64,000 nucleotides of DNA from Bacillota bacterium (GTDB lineage: Bacteria; Bacillota; Limnochordia; DTU087), in NCBI GenBank assembly GCA_012798695.1, contig JAAZMR010000037.1, forward strand, positions 3,150 to 67,149, in the 5' to 3' direction. The translations under genes and the position numbers were made by a program. The notes under the pieces are model-generated. The model saw only the letters and a list, made by a program, of their open reading frames with translations, did not search any database and was not told the DNA's origin. Within the stretch, counting starts at the first letter, position 1. Every line of letters starts with the position of its first letter. Shown here piece after piece: positions 58,156-64,000 of this stretch.

Positions 58156-59595
58156 GTGTTAACAACCCTAACGTTTTTCCCAGTAGCCGCAGCTTTACTA
58201 TTGATGCTCACACCCAAGGATAATCAAGAACTTCTATATAAGTTGAATATAGCAGTCTCGCTGGTGCCCTTCGTCTTGGTGCTCCTAGCCTGGCCCATGT
58301 TTTCTTTTGAGGAGCCGATCCTCTCTCTGCTGGAAAGCCGCGACTGCATACCCTCCATAGGTGTCTCCTATTCCTTGTTACTAGATGGAGTCAATCTCCC
58401 CTTTCTGGCCATGCTAACTTTTCTTACTGTTGTTGCAAGCCTCATACCACCACTACCAGGAGAGAATCTAAAAAAGAGAAGCATGCTGCTCCTCGTTTGG
58501 GAAGCCACTCTCATCGGCGCATTCCTAGCACAAGATTACGTTCTTTTCCTGATGTTTTGGGCACTGGGAACCATCCCCATATACTTCCTAATGGAGCCCT
58601 CCCTTGACTTAGAACCAATACCCACAACTCGATGTTATGTGTTGTCCAGCCTACTCAGCATAGTAGCTCTAGGCAGTGGTCTTCTGATCCTTTCTGCTAC
58701 GGTTGATACCTCCACCCCGACCATTAGCGAACTAGCGAGTTCTGTCGTAACCCACCTAGACCCAGACACTCAGTGGTGGATTTTTCTCGCTATCTTCGTG
58801 GGATGCTCCTTGCGTATCCCACTCTTCCCTTTTCACATATGGCTGCGGCTGATGATCAGCAAATTGCGGCCACCTGCTGGGATACTGCTGGTCGGAGGCT
58901 TCATCCCACTGGGAGTCTATACCCTGCTGCGCTTCGCCCTAGCAGTCTTGCCTGACGCAGTAGCAGCCTTTACGTTGGTCTTGGCCGCGGCAGGAATAGT
59001 GAATATGCTTTTCGGTTCACTAGCAGCTCTGGGGACACCAAATCGCCAGCACAAAGCCGCATATTATGTTATGGGCTATACAGGTACTGCTCTCCTAGGA
59101 ATGGCAACCCTGACTGTGGAGGGAATTAGTGGCGCCTTCTATACCATTCTTTCACTCGGGGCAGCCATCACCTTCTCCCTGACACTGACCTACCTGACAT
59201 CTAAGCAGATCACCTCCCAAGGGTGGCCTCTCGTCCTTCATGGCCTAGAAGCTGCTCAACAACTGCGCCTACCTGGTTTTGCCGGTTTTGTTGGCCTTAT
59301 GTTGGTCTTTCCCCCGGTATTTCACAGCTTTGCCGGCATGTCACTAGCTATCATAGCCGTTCTTTTTCTTACCGCCATTGATTATGCCCGGTCCTTGTCA
59401 GAAACCCTCGACAGGCCTGATATACAGAAAGCCCCTCACCCTCTAGATACCTCTAGTCTCCAATGGCCACCGATCGGGTTGGTGGCCGCAATCGTCCTGC
59501 TTCTCGGTGGAAGTGTAGTCTTGGGGCTAAACCCGGAGCTGATTCTGAAGGTTGTAGAGCCTGCCATTAAGCACGTAGCTCTCTTGCTGGACTGA
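58156..59595 (+). CDS. Degenerate NuoM/MrpD-like membrane protein (479 aa)
   Basis: IPSIGVSYSLLLDG, FLAQDYVLFLMFW..IPIYFL, IPLFPFHIWL, GVYTLLRF, LPGFAGFVG match NuoM; SD AGGAGG. Confidence 0.8.
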   Translation: MLTTLTFFPVAAALLLMLTPKDNQELLYKLNIAVSLVPFVLVLLAWPMFSFEEPILSLLESRDCIPSIGVSYSLLLDGVNLPFLAMLTFLTVVASLIPPLPGENLKKRSMLLLVWEATLIGAFLAQDYVLFLMFWALGTIPIYFLMEPSLDLEPIPTTRCYVLSSLLSIVALGSGLLILSATVDTSTPTISELASSVVTHLDPDTQWWIFLAIFVGCSLRIPLFPFHIWLRLMISKLRPPAGILLVGGFIPLGVYTLLRFALAVLPDAVAAFTLVLAAAGIVNMLFGSLAALGTPNRQHKAAYYVMGYTGTALLGMATLTVEGISGAFYTILSLGAAITFSLTLTYLTSKQITSQGWPLVLHGLEAAQQLRLPGFAGFVGLMLVFPPVFHSFAGMSLAIIAVLFLTAIDYARSLSETLDRPDIQKAPHPLDTSSLQWPPIGLVAAIVLLLGGSVVLGLNPELILKVVEPAIKHVALLLD

Positions 59596-59604
59596 TGAGC
59601 TAGC

Positions 59605-60594
59605 TTATACTTCATCTAGTGTCTCGAACTCTACTGGTGTGGACTGGAGCAGCTCCTGAATCACGTGTTCAGGGGCCCTCCCTCTTAGCTGGCTTTCTGG
59701 TTTCAGGATCAATCGATGACTTAAGATGGGCACCGCTACATGCTTGATATCATCGGGGAGCACATAGTCCCGCCCTCGCAAAGCTGCAAGGGCTTGCCCA
59801 GCCCGAAATAGAGCTAATGAACCGCGGGGGCTAGCGCCCAGAACTACATCAGAATGCCTGCGAGTCGCCTGAGTGAGCCTGACAATATACTCTCTTACGG
59901 AATCTTCGACATGTATTTTCCTGATCGCGTTCTGCATCTTGGTGAAAATCTCAGGAGTTGTACAGGCCTGGACGGCTTCGATGGGATGCTCATATTGTAG
60001 GCGAATGAGGATTTCATTTTCCTCTATTTCAGCAGGATAGCCGATCTGCAGTCGCAGTAAGAACCGATCTAACTGGGCCTCAGGTAAAGGGAAGGTGCCT
60101 TCATATTCCACTGGGTTTTGTGTAGCCATGACCAGGAAAGGTTTCGGCAGCCGCCGTGTCTTGCCATCAACCGTGATCTGGCCTTCTGCCATGCATTCCA
60201 GCAAACTAGATTGAGTTCTGGGTGTGGCGCGGTTGATCTCATCAGCCAATAGAATCTGCGACATGACTGGACCGGGCCTGAAGACAAATTCGCCGCTGCG
60301 TGGTTCATAGACTGAGACACCGGTTACATCTGAAGGCAAGAGATCAGGTGTACACTGAATGCGGCTGAAACTGCATCCCAAAGATACCGCCATAGTCCGT
60401 GCCAGAATTGTCTTCCCCACCCCCGGCACGTCTTCAACCAATACATGGCCCTCACTCAGCAAAGCCACCAACAGCAATTCTACAGCCTCAGTCTTACCGA
60501 TGATTACCTGACCAACGTTGTCCATTATCTTTTGACACAGTAGAGCTATTCTTTCCACATCCACTCTGTCTTTGCCACGGTTTCCGTCCACCAT
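59605..60594 (-). CDS. MoxR-family AAA+ ATPase
   Basis: EDVPGVGKT, RIQCTPDLLPSDVTG, LADEINRATPRTQSSLLE, ATQNPVEYEGTFPLPEAQLDRF. Confidence 0.95.
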   Translation of the reverse strand: MVDGNRGKDRVDVERIALLCQKIMDNVGQVIIGKTEAVELLLVALLSEGHVLVEDVPGVGKTILARTMAVSLGCSFSRIQCTPDLLPSDVTGVSVYEPRSGEFVFRPGPVMSQILLADEINRATPRTQSSLLECMAEGQITVDGKTRRLPKPFLVMATQNPVEYEGTFPLPEAQLDRFLLRLQIGYPAEIEENEILIRLQYEHPIEAVQACTTPEIFTKMQNAIRKIHVEDSVREYIVRLTQATRRHSDVVLGASPRGSLALFRAGQALAALRGRDYVLPDDIKHVAVPILSHRLILKPESQLRGRAPEHVIQELLQSTPVEFETLDEV

Positions 60595-60646
60595 GAGCCT
60601 GGCACACTTCCTTCCATAGAGTTGCCACTCTGTCTATTCTCGCCAT

Positions 60647-62320
60647 TCAAGTAGTCTGGTTCCCATTTTCCTTATCTGCTGGGGCTTCATCTCCATCTGA
60701 CCAACTATTGATGGCCGCCATCACCGCTTTCCACCAAGTATCGACCAATCGCCCTGTGTCTGCAGGAAGATCATGCTCACTATAACGAGCCTCGAGATAG
60801 GAATCAGTGAGCAGCTCCAGTTCCTCTTGGGCCGTATGCAGCTTACTGCCCAAGCTTGCTGAGTACTCCAAGGGCGTTTCACCAAGACCGGGCGCCATGC
60901 CATGTCTCCCGGCAGCCTCAATCAATAACCCAAACAGGTAGCGAACATATAAGGCAGCGGCCGTAGGAGGAGCTCTTCGGTGCAGCTGCCTTCTCGTGCC
61001 TCTCTCTACCTGCCTGACCGGTTCAGCCCTGTGCAGCCGATTCCACAGTACCTTACCTCGTCTGGCACCGATAGAGATTAACCTCAGAAGCTGCCGAAGG
61101 GTCTCTCTTGACCAAAGGTAGACATAGACAGGGATCCTAAATAGTCCATGGAGCTTCTCCCACTCATCTCGGAAGAATGTGAGGAGTACTAGTCCCACCA
61201 AGGCGGCAACCACCCCCAGCACTACAACAACCATCACGAAAGACATAATAAAATAAAAGATAGCCACCAACCAACTGAACACTCCAGCCTCCGGTACCCC
61301 CGTTAAGCCTGGTGATGGTGTATACGCCGTGCCACCCCCAGGTTGTTGCTGAGGTACAGAAAACTCCATGGTTTTGCCCAGCCACCGGCCTAGCGCGGCC
61401 ATAGTCCGGCTGAAGCTGAGTGGTGATAAACCAGCTGGCACGATTGACCCCAGGAGAAGCACCAAGCCAATAAACCCTATACTACTCCAGACCCACTGGC
61501 TAGGCAGTTCCGGGCCCACCGGGATTCTCACTTCCTGCCATATTACCTGCAAACGATAAAGATACACACAGGCCTGCAGCAGTAAACCCGAAAACAATAG
61601 GCCTAGGGTAGCCAGGTTGGTCAGATTGCTCCAACCGGTTAGCTGTGCCAATCTCTCGGGAAAACCTTCTATGACAATTGCATTAAGCACACAAGACAGA
61701 GAGGCGTAAAAGAGAAATCTACGGGTAAAGTAGGTTGCTGTCCGGGAACGTCCTTCACTAACCTGATAATCCGAGAGATATGATTCAGTCTCCCAAGAGA
61801 AGGTCTGAGCGCCCTGGTCACCTACTTCCCTGGCTATATCCCCTAGCCCCACAAAAGCCTGACCATAACCTCTAGCTAGAGACCAAGCACCGGCTACCAA
61901 GAGTAACGGCAGCAAAACGTCTGGGTTGCGCCAGATCAACGAAGAGAAGAAAGGATACTCCCCTCCTGTTCTGCCAATACGCAAGCCCACATATACCAGG
62001 CTCAAGATCGCAAGCAATTCCAGAATCCGCAAACTTACAGGAGTTCGAAGCCTCAGATGCATGCCGGCAGCATAGATACTCTCCACAGCGGCTATAGCCC
62101 CTGCTGCTATCACCCAGCGGGGCACACATACCTGTGGTGCCATGATCACCAAGTATTGCCGCCCCAATATCAATAAACTAATAGTAAAAATGCTGGCTAA
62201 CCCCGGCATGATCAATCTCTCCAACCAATGCCCCTGTTGTTTAGCCAAATGCATAATTCTATCAATATAAGGGTCGTTACGTGCCGATGTAGATTGCGTC
62301 TCAAAAGTGTTTTCCTGCAT
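60647..62320 (-). CDS. Multi-pass membrane protein with C-terminal DUF4129-like domain
   Basis: About 10 TM segments; C-terminal ETPLEY...LTDSYLEARYS is typical of DUF4129; start ATG 62320 behind GGAGG. Confidence 0.75.
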   Translation of the reverse strand: MQENTFETQSTSARNDPYIDRIMHLAKQQGHWLERLIMPGLASIFTISLLILGRQYLVIMAPQVCVPRWVIAAGAIAAVESIYAAGMHLRLRTPVSLRILELLAILSLVYVGLRIGRTGGEYPFFSSLIWRNPDVLLPLLLVAGAWSLARGYGQAFVGLGDIAREVGDQGAQTFSWETESYLSDYQVSEGRSRTATYFTRRFLFYASLSCVLNAIVIEGFPERLAQLTGWSNLTNLATLGLLFSGLLLQACVYLYRLQVIWQEVRIPVGPELPSQWVWSSIGFIGLVLLLGSIVPAGLSPLSFSRTMAALGRWLGKTMEFSVPQQQPGGGTAYTPSPGLTGVPEAGVFSWLVAIFYFIMSFVMVVVVLGVVAALVGLVLLTFFRDEWEKLHGLFRIPVYVYLWSRETLRQLLRLISIGARRGKVLWNRLHRAEPVRQVERGTRRQLHRRAPPTAAALYVRYLFGLLIEAAGRHGMAPGLGETPLEYSASLGSKLHTAQEELELLTDSYLEARYSEHDLPADTGRLVDTWWKAVMAAINSWSDGDEAPADKENGNQTT

Positions 62321-62379
62321 TTTCCTCCATCTTTCTCCGTCAAACGCCCATTTAGACCGAAACTGCTGTGCAGGCACCC

Positions 62380-63639
62380 TTACCGAAAAGACCCTATCCC
62401 CCAGGTGATGGTTTCCCTTTTGGTTATCCGAAACAGCTGTAGGTTCGCTTGAGCGGACCGATACAAGAGCTGAGGGTGTGTGACTGTACGGCCGACGACA
62501 AAGATCAGTACTTGATACCCCGAGCGCAGCAAGGCCATAGCAGTTTCCACCAACTCCGGAGAATCGTTGGGGGTAATTACCAGCAAGGTTGCACCCCATG
62601 CCAAATTCCCCGCTTCATTGGAGAAAAGTTGAGTAAATGATGCCCCCGGACGACATTCGGCGGCGGCTAAGGCTTCAAGGATCCGCATCAGTTGAGCCAT
62701 ACCCTTCCGGGGTAGGAATCTTACCGTCGGCTGTGAGTTAAGTGTTGCGGCCGGGGCTGGTTCCTCGGGGAGCTTCAGGCCTACCTCAGCTCGCTGTTGC
62801 CGAAGGTAAGCATTAGAAACCAATCCAAAGGACTCACCCGCTTGTGCCAAATGATTGGCCAGACTAGCCGCTGCCTCGATGGCTAGTTCACTCTCAACGT
62901 AAAAGTTGTCTACTGGATAGTCCTCTTCATTGAGGTTGAGGAAAATAACGATATCAACGGCAACAGTATGCTGGAATTGCTTTACCTGCAATTCTCCCGT
63001 GCGAGCAGTGAGTTTCCAGTGAATTGACTGGCGGCTGTCACCACTTTGATACTGTCTTACTCCAGCTAGCCGGGCCGGATCAGGAAAAATTGGCTGCCTA
63101 GTGCGTACGTTGCCATAGGGTAATTTGGACGGTAGCCCCAACTCCGGTAAGGCAAAAACACGAGGATATACGATTATGTCGTGATAGGATTCAACTATGT
63201 CAGAAAACTGATGCAAGCCGAGAGGTTCCCCGGCAGATATCTCCAGAGGGCCAACAGTATACAGGCCGCGCTGGGACGCGGTGATAGTATATCGGGCAGT
63301 AGATTCAGCCAGGGGACCTAATGACAGTACCCATCGCTGCGCACGCCCTGCTTCTAAGGCCACCGGCAGATGCTCATATCCGGAAAGCCATGCCAGGGGA
63401 ACTATGGTCCGATTGCGAAAGGCGAGTGAGATTTCGCCCGTCTCACCCAGGAAAAGTCGAGTACGCTCCGATGAACGTGTGGTCTCTACCCGTTCGAATG
63501 CATACTTGAGTAAACGTCCACCACCCCAATAAGCTATCCCCAAGGCACAAAATGTCATATATATGCCTTTTGCTGGAAAAAAGAGAGTGATTACCAGCAA
63601 GAAAGCTAAGTACAATTTCCACCAATTCAAGGCATTCAC
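62380..63639 (-). CDS. DUF58 domain protein
   Basis: RGLYTVGP, IIVYPRV, GVRQYQSGDSRQSIHWKLTARTGELQVKQF. Confidence 0.9.
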   Translation of the reverse strand: MNALNWWKLYLAFLLVITLFFPAKGIYMTFCALGIAYWGGGRLLKYAFERVETTRSSERTRLFLGETGEISLAFRNRTIVPLAWLSGYEHLPVALEAGRAQRWVLSLGPLAESTARYTITASQRGLYTVGPLEISAGEPLGLHQFSDIVESYHDIIVYPRVFALPELGLPSKLPYGNVRTRQPIFPDPARLAGVRQYQSGDSRQSIHWKLTARTGELQVKQFQHTVAVDIVIFLNLNEEDYPVDNFYVESELAIEAAASLANHLAQAGESFGLVSNAYLRQQRAEVGLKLPEEPAPAATLNSQPTVRFLPRKGMAQLMRILEALAAAECRPGASFTQLFSNEAGNLAWGATLLVITPNDSPELVETAMALLRSGYQVLIFVVGRTVTHPQLLYRSAQANLQLFRITKRETITWGIGSFR

Positions 63640-63694
63640 CTCTGGTGGAGGTTTTCTTGGTCCTAAACTATACTCCTTCCATCAATTCAAGAAT

Positions 63695-64000
63695 CTAAGA
63701 GGATGACCGTCTCTGTAAAGCTTGCACGAACCGTTTGGTAATATCTTGGGGACGCGTAATCGCAGTTCCGACCACCACGGCCCATGCACCCAAATCCAAC
63801 GCATGGCAAGCCGCTGCCGGAGTCCAATATCCGCCCTCCGCGATCACCGGTATGTCAACTGCATCAATAACGTCCTTAAGTAACCGGAAGTCAGGAGCCG
63901 CTCCTAGGGATGTCATGCGAAAAGCCCACGTAGTGGCTATGGCATCAGCTCCTGCCCTAGCCGCCTGTACAGCATCTTCTACTGTCTTGATATCAACCAT
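63695..64000 (-). CDS. nanE: N-acetylmannosamine-6-phosphate 2-epimerase (3' part; gene starts beyond the window)
   Basis: GADAIATT, PDFRLL, PVIAEGG, VVVGTAITRPQDITKRF are NanE C-terminal motifs. Confidence 0.85.
   Translation of the reverse strand: MVDIKTVEDAVQAARAGADAIATTWAFRMTSLGAAPDFRLLKDVIDAVDIPVIAEGGYWTPAAACHALDLGAWAVVVGTAITRPQDITKRFVQALQRRSSS

Noticed and set aside
62321-62599. N-terminal extension of the DUF4129 ORF overlapping DUF58
   Set aside because: A proper SD plus ATG lies at 62320; the extension is incidental overlap.
1-64000. CRISPR arrays, IS/transposases, integrases, prophage or defence genes
   Set aside because: No regularly spaced repeats, terminal inverted repeats or mobile-element protein motifs were seen.

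Overview
A mostly core-chromosomal 64 kb segment from a spore-forming, probably anaerobic Bacillota (Clostridia/Limnochordia-like; the taxon is inferred from spoIVA, spoIIP, spoVS, spoVAF-like, ytfI/ytfJ, dacB, the ispH-rpsA fusion and the activase genes). Nearly all genes are on the minus strand. In window order: a partial GH42 beta-galactosidase, an NlpC/P60 lipoprotein, an orphan radical SAM, tRNA-Pro(GGG), HAD and PHP hydrolases, the hom-thrC-thrB-ask operon, hup, spoIVA, plsY-der, a DUF512/DUF3189/YIEGIA/spoIIP/DUF1614 sporulation cluster, ispH::rpsA-plsC-cmk, an aroH::hisC-aroF-tyrA-aroA operon, rluB, ktrB, dacB, ytfJI, scpBA, lysA, three acyl-CoA-dehydratase-activase-type genes behind a spore germination gene, holin-like, dodecin and dipeptidase genes, spoVS, rny, recX-recA-cinA, small Cys-rich ORFs, Rrf2, a short FtsH paralog, pgsA-rimO, a degenerate NuoL/NuoM-like pair, MoxR-DUF4129-DUF58 and a partial nanE. 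I found no CRISPR array, IS, integrase or prophage. The most unusual items are: (1) an orphan NuoL/NuoM-like pair with intact ORFs that has lost the proton-translocating charged residues; (2) an in-frame AroH-HisC fusion; (3) an Fe-S activase trio behind a sigmaG-like promoter, placed between spoVAF and lysA; (4) a candidate ATT start and a leader terminator for rny; (5) recurring sigmaH-like promoters, including one upstream of recA. All family assignments come from motif recognition by eye; no database searches were run.
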